Positions 52,431-64,000 of a DNA stretch of 64,000 nucleotides are shown piece by piece. The notes beneath the pieces are model-generated. The model was not told the DNA's origin. It worked only from the letters and a program-made list of their open reading frames with translations, and made no database searches. The translations under genes were made by a program, and so were the position numbers. Source of the stretch: Lama guanicoe (Eukaryota); NCBI GenBank assembly GCA_013239625.1, contig MU055609.1, forward strand, positions 9,877,171 through 9,941,170, in the 5' to 3' direction. Numbering within the stretch: the first letter of the stretch is position 1; every line of letters begins with the position of its first letter.

Positions 52431-54069
52431 AATACATCTTCAGAGTAAAGACGACTTCAAGCTTTCTATACAAATGAAGGGGGAAGTATTTACACATTTC
52501 TGAAGACTGTTCAGATTATTTTCTCCAAAAAGGGGGAAGGGGAAATAATACTGAAATCTCATTTCTAGATTTTAAAAAGTGCTTGGTGCTTTTTAAAGAC
52601 GGAATTGAATTAGGGCTTTTGTTTTGTTTTTTCAACAGCTCCTAAAGTGTCGAAATCATGAGGGCACTCTATGACATACAGCTTTCTAGACAATGAACTC
52701 TATAAGGGCATAAACACTCTCATATTGTGTCTGTATTGGCCTCAGAGCCCAGCACAGGGTCTGGAACACAGGAAGCCCTCCATGCTGTTGAGTAAAGGAA
52801 ATTAAAGAGGCATTTTAAAAATAAAATCTTTCTGATTTTCCAGTTCAGTAGTGACCCTTCTAGGATTTCCGTGCAGACATTTCCCATCTCATCCTCACTA
52901 TTTCAAGATCCCAGGGACAGAGACCTGCAAGGCAGGGGCAAGAATGGAATTCAGAACTCAAGAAGTACTTCCTGGCTTCAGGAGAATAAGAAGGGTCCTC
53001 CCCTTCACTTCCGGGGATATTTCTTGGTTTTGGAAGGAATGTATCAAGAAATCCTGTGAAGCAGGGGGTGTTTCTGTAACACCATTTGGAGCAGAAGAAA
53101 GTTTGCATTTGGATCTCTGTGGAGCTCTACTCCTTAGAGAACTGAGGAGGGGACCTTGGCTACCTGCTGGGCCCAAGGGAGGGACAAACAGGGACCTAGT
53201 CTCCACCTCCATCTCTTTCACCTCTTTCAGCTCTTTTGCAGATCACTCAGAGGACTTCAAGTGAGAATGGATAAGAAGGTGCCAACATACTGTCAACGCA
53301 ATAATTATTCAGTATGTCAGGCACAATTTTAGACACTAGGGATTCATTCAGTCAGTCAACAAATATTAGGTGAAGGGCTGCTATGCATCCAGCAAATTAG
53401 ACCTGTCTCTTGCTCAAAGGGGTTAATAGCTGGGGAGGGGGCAGTCTATCCAGGACCTTTCATACCAGGCTGTGCATACCTACTGCCCTACCTCCAAAGA
53501 GGGCCTTCCCTGCCTTCTCAGATTCCCTGGATCTTTTTCCTCTGTGAGCTGCCTACTCTCCACACTCACCCTCCATCACTGCCCCAGAGCTTTAAACTCT
53601 TGTATGTAAAAGAGGTGCCTCAGGCATGTCCAACATGCAAATCACGCTCAGCCTGGGCTCAGGCATACTGATCCCCTCCCCGGGCCTTGCCCACACCTAA
53701 TCCAGGCCCTACCAGACTGAAAGCCCTGGGGCAAAGGAGCTTGGAAAAGCCTGATGCTTAGCCTTTGGGTCAGCACCCGAGAGCAGGATAGGGTCAAAGA
53801 CCAACTCCCTCCCTCTTGACAGACACAACCTCCAAGTCTCTGCTCAGTGCTGCCCTGTCCTTGGTGCTGGGGACAGTCATGAATCAGGTGGAACATCTGC
53901 TGCCCCAGCTCCTAATCCAGTAGGGGAGGTAAAACAGGGGCCATAGCTGATGGGGCAGAGTCCAGCTCCAGTTCAGCAGGGCATGTATAGTTCTGCAACC
54001 TGGTCTCACTCTTTAAGGTAGGGAGTTTTAGCTTTTTAAACGAGCCCCAGCCTTAGCCCAGTGCCTTTC

Positions 54070-54212
54070 CTCCAGAATACTGTGCAAACTAATCACTTGG
54101 GAATTTTGTTTAAACACGTAATTGGATGATTCAATCTGAGGTAGAGCCTGAGAATCTGCATTTCCAGCAAGCACCCAGGTCCCTGTACCACACTTTGAGT
54201 GGAAGGCACTAG
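54070..54212. mobile_element. MER5-type hAT MITE
   Basis: AATCACTTGGGAATTTTGTTTAAA..GCCTGAGAATCTGCATTTCCAGCAAGC..ACCACACTTTGAGT. Confidence 0.7.
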
Positions 54213-54684
54213 AGCTTTTGCCTCATTTCTCTGAAGACTGATTGGTAATGTCTCTTCCCCACTGATCCATAAATTCCTTAAGGCAGGAATCTTGCCCATT
54301 TGTTTAGTGATGTATTCCTGGTGCTTGGAACATTCAGTCAGGGCTTGCTGGAGAAGTGGATGCTCCCTGATCCATGGGAGCAGGGAATAATCCCTCAGAA
54401 TACACAAACCCACTAGCCAAATACACTCACGTGCTCGCCCCGTCTCATCTCTACCAGCCTCTGGGATGCAGCAGGTGATGGCATTTTACCAGGTCTACTA
54501 TGTGCACAGCTATGGCTTAATCACATCCTAATCCTACTTCATGAACCTTTGCCTGATAACTCACAAGGGGGATCACCCCATATGGCTGCCCAAGATCCTG
54601 AACAAAGCTCCCCAACTATCTCCCCAGATCATTCCCCCAAGTCACCAGCCAGCACACAGAGCCCGGAGGAGGGTTTCTTCTTTC

Positions 54685-54715
54685 TTTTTTAATTAAACTA
54701 GTTTTAATTAAAAAA
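54685..54715 (-). terminator. Probable FOXE3 polyadenylation region, two ATTAAA
   Basis: TTTAAT on plus at 54688-54693 and 54703-54708, about 0.78 kb past the stop codon. Confidence 0.55.
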
Positions 54716-55475
54716 ATAATACCCTAGTAAGTCCTAATTTTTTCCAGATGGTGGGGCAGCCCACTAACTCCCCTTTCAGTCAGGAACCCCTGGTGCTGAT
54801 TGTCTCAGAAATGAAGAACTGTCCTCAGGGTGGGGAACAGCGCAGCAAGGTGTGTCTGTGCGGAAGAGGGGCGCTCTCCCTGTGAGAACCTGAGAATAGG
54901 CTGGTAAGTGGGGTGGGGGACACACTTGTTGGGGGAATGAAGGGAGGACAGCAAGGGAGTCATGGACCCAGGAGTCTGACCTCTGATGTGTTTCAAAAAA
55001 AAAAAAAAACACCACCAAGGCAGGCTGAAGAAATAAGGAGCCAGTCGGGAGGAGGCTTGAGATGGAAGGTCTGGCTTCCAAAGGCTTGGAATTCGCCAGA
55101 AACCTGGGGTGGGGTCTCACAGGTGGTGATCGAGCTGCGGGACATGGGACCCAAAACAGTGCTGGGGGGCGGGGTAGAGGGGGAAGGGTGTACAGATGAG
55201 GGCTCACAGTGGAGGGAGAAGAAACCAGGACCTCATAAGTCGGATTGCGGGGTGGGTGGTGCTGAGAGGGTGCGTTCAGTCCGGTGGAGAGATGGTGGGA
55301 GGCGCCCCAGGGTTGGGGGACAGAGACAGACGGAACAAGTGTGTGCAGTCCATGAGGCAGAGCTGGGGAGCTCCGAGGTGCACTCCGAGCCAAGGTGGGC
55401 AGAGATGGGGGCTCCCAGCGCCCCGTCCTGGAGGAGGGGGGCCGGGCCGCTCCTGCGAGGCGGGCGGGGCGGGGC

Positions 55476-56339
<864 letters not shown>

Positions 56340-57081
56340 CTAATCTTCCTTATATGGACACAGTCCCCCTCCCCCTGCCCCTCAACCAGGGGCGAGGGCT
56401 CTGGACCTTCTCCTCTGGCCAGCGCCTCCCCTCTAATTTGCCTTCCCAATCCTCTTGCAATGCTGACAGTTCTCCCCCATCCCTATCCCCATCCCCACCT
56501 CCCACATTTCACCCCTCCCTGGGTCACATCCCTTTGGGTCAGTCTTTCCCAGATCCAGCCTCATCNNNNNNNNNNNNNNNNNNNNNNNNNNNNNNNNNNN
56601 NNNNNNNNNNNNNNNNNNNNNNNNNNNNNNNNNNNNNNNNNNNNNNNNNNNNNNNNNNNNNNNNNNNNNNNNNNNNNNNNNNNNNNNNNNNNNNNNNNNN
56701 NNNNNNNNNNNNNNNNNNNNNNNNNNNNNNNNNNNNNNNNNNNNNNNNNNNNNNNNNNNNNNNNNNNNNNNNNNNNNNNNNNNNNNNNNNNNNNNNNNNN
56801 NNNNNNNNNNNNNNNNNNNNNNNNNNNNNNNNNNNNNNNNNNNNNNNNNNNNNNNNNNNNNNNNNNNNNNNNNNNNNNNNNNNNNNNNNNNNNNNNNNNN
56901 NNNNNNNNNNNNNNNNNNNNNNNNNNNNNNNNNNNNNNNNNNNNNNNNNNNNNNNNNNNNNNNNNNNNNNNNNNNNNNNNNNNNNNNNNNNNNNNNNNNN
57001 NNNNNNNNNNNNNNNNNNNNNNNNNNNNNNNNNNNNNNNNNNNNNNNNNNNNNNNNNNNNNNNNNNNNNNNNNNNNNNNNN

Positions 57082-57524
<443 letters not shown>

Positions 57525-57525
57525 C

Positions 57526-57542
57526 TAATCTTCCTTATATGG
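57526..57542 (-). promoter_or_regulatory. FOXE3 core promoter: TATA-like/CArG box with adjacent TAATCT (also at 56341-56357)
   Basis: Minus strand CCATATAAGGAAGATTA, about 47-63 nt upstream of the ATG. Confidence 0.55.
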
Positions 57543-59010
57543 ACACAGTCCCCCTCCCCCTGCCCCTCAACCAGGGGCGAGGGCTCTGGACCTTCTCCTC
57601 TGGCCAGCGCCTCCCCTCTAATTTGCCTTCCCAATCCTCTTGCAATGCTGACAGTTCTCCCCCATCCCTATCCCCATCCCCACCTCCCACATTTCACCCC
57701 TCCCTGGGTCACATCCCTTTGGGTCAGTCTTTCCCAGATCCAGCCTCATCTCTTCCCAAACTCCACTGGGTCAGTCCCTGGCCCTGGCCCCATCCCACTG
57801 GATTCCATTAGCCCCCCTCCCTTTCCTCTCCTCCCTCAACCTCCCCAACTTTGGGTCAATGCCAATCACAAATCCACCCATTCAGCGCACTCTCTGGGCC
57901 CCCTCCCCATTATGCTTCTCCTAGCTAAGTCCTGTCTCCAACATCTTTCTCTCCTAGACCCCTCCTCGTCCGTCCTTCCAGCCCCAGCCAGGACAGAGAT
58001 GAGAGCAGCCAGGGGCCACCTTGCCAGCCCTCAGCATCCTGATGCTGTGCTGGTTGGGGAGGTGTCAGGCCCACCCTGGGACATTAGGCAATGGAGAAGG
58101 AGGGGGCAGAAGGGGAGAGCAGGAGGCGGGCTTTGTCTCAGGGGAGGATGTTTCCTGGCTCCAGGGTCAGCATCTCCTCTCTCTGCTACCCACCACCCCA
58201 CAACCTTGTCCTATCTAGGCCAGCATCCTTTGAAAAAACAAAATCGTGAAGCCCAGCTAGAAGGTTTAGAAACTAGAGGAGTGACTACTTTAAATCAAGA
58301 GCCCCTAGAAAATCTATAACTTACAGTTGCCTTTCTGGCTGCTTCTTCTCCATGCATCTTCTGTTCTGAGAAAAAGGACTCTCTTTCTCTCACATGCACA
58401 TCACGCACAACGGGAAGATGCACGAAATAAAGCCTACACAGCCTCAAGTTCCAAGGAGCAGTCACTGGGTCAGAAAGTGACTCCTAAGTGCTTCCACAGA
58501 CTGGAGGTCTGCTTACTGGCCCAGAAGCACCAGACTCACATCTCACTGAGGAAAGTGGGTTGTCTTAGTTTCTATTAAAACCTCCCTCTAGGAACCACCA
58601 CCCACCACACCACACAGAAGAGATACAATCGCCTATTTCATGAAAACATCACAAAGTGACAGGAAAGCTAGTCCTGGCTTGGACGGAACTAAAAAATGAA
58701 GGATCTTTGCCCCAAAGAGTTTTGTCTTGGGATAGGCAAGGTCAAAGGAGCAGGACTGGGAGTAGGTGAGGCAACTGAAGTAGCCTAAAATTAAGTGGAT
58801 GCTCACTCTCAGGTTGGTGCAAGTACAGAGTCAGCACTTGAGAGTCAACACCTCCTTAAATTTATTGCCCCAGTTCTGGCCCTGATGTGGCATGCCCCTG
58901 GGTACAGGTGATCAGAGCTAGCTACAGCAGGCAGAGGGCCTGGTGCTTCCAATCCCAAACTTGAAGCTCATGGTTCCCACTCTCCCAGCTTCAGTTTCAG
59001 CTGATAGCGC

Positions 59011-59210
59011 ATAACAGCCACCATTACTGAGCATCGTGTGTGTGGTAAACGCTTACACACATTATCTCACTAAGTGTGAATACCTTGTGAGGTAGGTACT
59101 GCTATTATCCCTGTTTTGCAGATGAGGAAACTAAGGCTTTGAGAGGTTAAGAGACTTACCTAACTTCACACAGCTAGAAAGTGGCAGAGTGGGATTAAAC
59201 CCAGAGTTCA
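59011..59210 (-). mobile_element. MIR SINE
   Basis: TTTTGCAGATGAGGAAACTAAGGC..GAGAGGTTAAG..CACACAGCTAGAAAGTGGCAGAG. Confidence 0.88.
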
Positions 59211-62200
59211 GTGCACGAGCACCAAGACTCTTCTAAGAACCATCGTATTTTAAAGCTGACACTGAAAATAATCTACTCTAGAGTGCTTCCCGCTCCCACA
59301 ACTTCAGCTGTGAAGCTGCTGCCTAGCCTCTCTCCTGACCTCCAGTCACCACATCCAAGTGTCCACTGGACATGATCCTCAACCTAATGCACCCCTATCT
59401 CCAGCCTCCTCCCCTTCCTGCATTCCAGACCTCAGCCGATGGACCCCTTGCCCCTCACCAGCCATGTCAGGGCTATGGACATCATCTCAGACTCCCCCCT
59501 CTCATGCCCCACATCCAAGCAATCTGCAAGTCCTGTCAATTCCACATGGATTCCAAATGCATCCCTCCTTCAGTTCCCCCAGCCTCAGTTTAGCCCACAT
59601 CATTTATCGAACACTTCTTTGCCAGGCCCTTTGCCAGTGCTGTGGGGAGACAGAGGTGAAGAAATTCACAGTCTAGTGGAGAGATGGACACATTGACGAT
59701 TATGACCATGAGAGGGGCAGGCAGAGAAGGAGAGAGGAAGGAGAAGATGACAGTCAGAGATCTATAGACACCACTCACCCCCAACATTGAAGAATCATCC
59801 TGGTTTATACACAAACAGACCCCACCTCAGTACCCTCTCCACCTTGCATCCTACTGCCTGGCACAGGCCTTGGGAACACAGTGCAGTTACAATGAACAGC
59901 TCACCAAAGAGGAAGGCAAGACAAGCAGTTGCAGCAGCAGGGAACTTATCTCCAAGAGCCAGGTGACCTGGACCAGTTGCTCATTTAAGCCTCAATTTCC
60001 TCACCTGCCAAAGGGGGACAATAATGAACCCTCTCAGCATTGTTATGAGATTCCTATGAGGTCATGTATGAAAGTGCTTGGCCCATACTGGCACCAGGTA
60101 ACAGGTTTCTTTTTTTACTACGTAACTGGCATTTCCTGTGTTAAACCAGGAAGGGAAGGAAAGAGGCAGAGCCAGAGAAATGATTTTAGAGCTTTCATAT
60201 TTACAATCAGGTGTAGCAGAAGCCGGCAGTTAGACTCAGGCACAGAACCAGAACCACCATTTTTTTCAACTTCCCTTAGGGCTGAAGCCCCCTCTGGAGG
60301 CCCCTACTACAGCTTCCTGGAGTGGGGGGTGGGTGTATGGAGAATAGTTCTTATTACCTCCCCTGGCAAACTGCAATTTTCTTATACTTTAAAATTTCCA
60401 GTCTTTGTATGGAGTCTGGGGCATAGTATATGTTCAATAAATAGTACTGAACGTGTGGTTGGCTATGCTCATCCTGGGGAGAGTGGGGGCGGGGAGCTGG
60501 GCCAAAGGGGTGAGAACCCAGACTTTTCCAGTTCTCTGTGCCTGCCTGGCCCCCTCCATTGGGCCTGCTTCCCGGAGCCAAGCAGGCCGGNNNNNNNNNN
60601 NNNNNNNNNNNNNNNNNNNNNNNNNNNNNNNNNNNNNNNNNNNNNNNNNNNNNNNNNNNNNNNNNNNNNNNNNNNNNNNNNNNNNNNNNNNNNNNNNNNN
60701 NNNNNNNNNNNNNNNNNNNNNNNNNNNNNNNNNNNNNNNNNNNNNNNNNNNNNNNNNNNNNNNNNNNNNNNNNNNNNNNNNNNNNNNNNNNNNNNNNNNN
60801 NNNNNNNNNNNNNNNNNNNNNNNNNNNNNNNNNNNNNNNNNNNNNNNNNNNNNNNNNNNNNNNNNNNNNNNNNNNNNNNNNNNNNNNNNNNNNNNNNNNN
60901 NNNNNNNNNNNNNNNNNNNNNNNNNNNNNNNNNNNNNNNNNNNNNNNNNNNNNNNNNNNNNNNNNNNNNNNNNNNNNNGCATCAGCCGCCAAGGCTCCCT
61001 GCCCCCAGCCCCACCTCTGCAGAGGCACTGTGAGCCAAGATGGGCTTCGAGGCAAGGAGCAGAGGGTGGGGGCCAGAGCTTCCCAACCATTCTGCCTGGG
61101 AGAGAGGGCTGAGGCTGAAAGTCACCTCAGGTCCTTGCCCCAAGATTCACAGCCACTCTAGGAGGGCTCCATGACTGCCCCTCCAGCGCTCTGGAAAGAA
61201 AGAACTGTGTCAACCCAGCGAGAGTCCAAGGGACCAGCCCAAGTTGTCACCAGACCCCATAAGGCTTCCTAGAGTTTTCTTCAAATACCCCTGCTTTGAG
61301 ACCACTCTAGAGTCATTCCTCAAGCCTTTTGTCACAACATCCACAGAACCCGTAGCCCAGAGGCTCCAGAAGGGGCTCAGGAACTCGAGGAACTATGAGA
61401 CACCCCCATCCCACCCCCTGCACCCAGGGATCCCAAGGGCTGCTGCAAGACCTCTTCCCTCTTACTCCCGGGACTAGGGCTGCCCACAATACTACGCCTT
61501 CCTCCGAAGCCTGGGGCAGACAGTTGCAGCCTGGCAAGGGGGCATGTTGGGCCCCCATTCTGGTGTGGCCTTTTCCAATTAGGCTGCTCCTGAACTGGGA
61601 TGAGAGCAGCAGCCCCAGCCTTACCTACAGAGCCTGACCCCTGTGGGGTGCACTCTGAGCTGAGGGGCCTGAGCCAGGCTCAGGAAAAGGAGCAAGGGCA
61701 GGCCTGATTCTGGAGAGAGCATCAGGGAAGAACCCAGGAGGACGATGCCCCTCTTTGTGACTCCTCATTATTGCTCAAGCACTTCTGTTCAGCAAATCCT
61801 AAGGATCTGTGCCAGGCTGCCCTGGGTGCCGGGTCAGTGATGAGTCAGACTGTTCTTTGCCTTCAGTGTACCCAGGAGGGGACAGCCTGCAGACAATGCC
61901 TGTCCAGGGTGGTCAGTGTGATGCTGGCACGAGCACAGAAGAGCTTTTGCCATGCAGCCTGGCAGAAGGCTTCCTGGACTGAGTTAAACTCCAGTGGCAG
62001 GTAGGGCAGGCCCAGGCTGGATGAGGGCTCCTTCCCTCTGCCCCCATCTCACCTCATCATTGCACTTACCTTACTGACTCTCCGTGTGTCTGTCTCCCGC
62101 ATTAAACTCTGTATGAACTGAGGGCAGGGACCATGTCTCACTCATATTTGGAGCTCTGGCACTCAATGTAGTGCCTGGCACAAGTTGATAGTCAATAAAT

Positions 62201-64000
62201 ACGAATCAGGTGGCCAGAAGGATGGCTGGATGCCAGGACAAGAAAACTGCAGGTGTAATGGTCTGAAGGCCAGAGATATGGTCCATTCTGGGAAGTGCAA
62301 GACTTCCAATGTCTTTCTAGTAAGAATTACGTCAGTGAGTATATGTAAAGTTCTTAGGATTCTGCCTGGCACACGTCAGCGCTGTGTGTTAGCAACTGTT
62401 GCTGCTGTTCTGGTTGTTACTATTGTTAGTCACTGTGGCTAGCGTGGCGTGTCAGGGTGCTGAGACAAAGAAGGTAGATGGAGTCAGATTGTAGGTGACT
62501 TTATTTGCCAGGTTAAGCAGATTAGATCTTTCTAGAGACAACAGGAAGCCTTCTGAAAATTTTTTAGCAGGGGAGTGACAAGATCAGATCCCTTGTTTAG
62601 ATCAGTGTGACAGCAGATAAACTAGACATGGAAGAGGCTGGAGGCTAAGTGACAAGATGGGGGGCTGATCGTACCGTGCTGCATGAACACAGGCTCTGGT
62701 TCTAGGCGAGCATCGGACCCTCCACACCCATTCACTCCAGATCAGTGCAGAGAGAGGACCTCCAGCGTCCATCTCAAAGAGGGTCTTAAACCTCAACTTT
62801 GTCGAACATCCAGGAACTGGCCATCATCCTCTACTCCTTTTTCTCCCTCTCTGACCACCTCCACTCACCAAGACCTGTTAGTTCTCAGAAATTTCTCAAA
62901 TCCATTCTAACCTCTTGTCCCTCCATCTTGGGAAGCCAAGCCAGTGTCAGTTCTCACCCCGCAGTAGCCTCCTGACTGGTCTCCCTACCTCCCACTCCGA
63001 TTCCTTCTCTCAGCACTAGAGTGATGCCTCAGCTGTTAAACACCTTCTGTGGCTCCCCATCGCCTTGGGCATCAGATCGAATCCTTCCCACAGCTGGCAG
63101 GCGCCGCACAGCCTGCCCTGCCCTGACAGCCACTTTCAGCCGAAGTGCCAGGACCTCTCCTGTGCCGAAGCCTTTGCTAATCGAAGTGAGCAAACCCACT
63201 TCTCCAGCTTTGGATACAAAGGAAATCTCATTTATTTTTCCAACCAGTCCCTCGATCTCCTAAAACCTTAATTAACAAGAAGTCCCATCTCTCCTTCGGA
63301 AAGCTCCACCTAACCTGCCTAATGGCGCCTCCTTGTCCCTGGGGAACCATTCATGGAAGATAACCATTTGATCCTCTGGAAAACATTTCCCAATTTCTCC
63401 TTCCGTAGGCAAAAGGCCAGCCTGTGCCTCTGGCCTGACTGAACCTTTAGCACGTGCTCCATGTCTGCCTTCCTCTGCCCAGTTCATCCTTAGACCCTGT
63501 GCCAGACTGCAGAGCTGCACGGCTCAGTGAGCATTGTTGAGGGACTGACTGACCACTTTGCTGAATGAATGAATGAATGAATGAACAAATGACCACCAGT
63601 GTCTGGAAAAGCAAAAGACCTCTGTGCCTGATTTCCAGCTAGGAATCCGCCTCCTGCCCTTGCTGCCTCTCGGCTCAGCTCCGTGGCCCTGGGCGGAGAC
63701 CCCCCACGCAGCCCTTGTCTCAGCAGGGTCCAGACTCAGACAATGTTGGCTCAGCCCTGAGGGTGTAATTCCAGCCGCTCCTAAACCACACAGCCGGCAT
63801 CTGAAGTCTGTTCCGTGCCATTTCGGACTGTCAGCCTTCTGCCATCCACCTCACCCCCGCACCCTAAGCAGTCTCAGGGTTCTTGGGCTCCCTGCTCCTC
63901 ACTTCCAGGAGAGTGGGGCTGTCAGCCAGGCCAGCTGAGCTAAGGGCCCCAAGCTGGAGAAGCGTGAGTTAGAGTCCACCACTCACTTGCTGTGGGATCC

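Noticed and set aside
59870-61161. Long ORFs near 60-61 kb, and similarly at 2.7-3.7 kb and 12 kb
   Set aside because: Lengths are inflated by N-runs; the remainder is repeat-derived or random.

Overview
Mammalian genomic DNA from a gappy draft assembly, probably a camelid (inferred from a tRNA-derived SINE and young L1 3' ends). It covers the conserved FOXE3-FOXD2 forkhead pair: two single-exon genes on the minus strand, about 19 kb apart. Positions 1-35 kb are gene-poor sequence downstream of FOXD2, full of old repeats (MIR, L2, L1, MLT1, Charlie, microsatellites), with two orphan CpG islands. Both genes look damaged as assembled. FOXD2 lacks about 45 GC-rich codons and is frameshifted just before the forkhead box. 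The FOXE3 5' half and promoter occur twice (599 bp, offset 1185) around N-gaps, with two coding differences. Both are most likely assembly artefacts but need read-level checks. I found no convincing novel protein-coding system. The most interesting unexplained signals are regulatory: a degenerate 20-bp tandem array of GGGTCA half-sites containing a perfect DR5 next to a CTCF-like motif (25.9-26.2 kb), divergent CTCF motifs between the two genes, a composite TATA/CArG/bicoid element at the FOXE3 promoter, a palindromic poly(A) signal, and a 10-bp-phased GAAA array. Repeat subfamily names and orthologue comparisons are from memory, not from searches; repeat boundaries are approximate.
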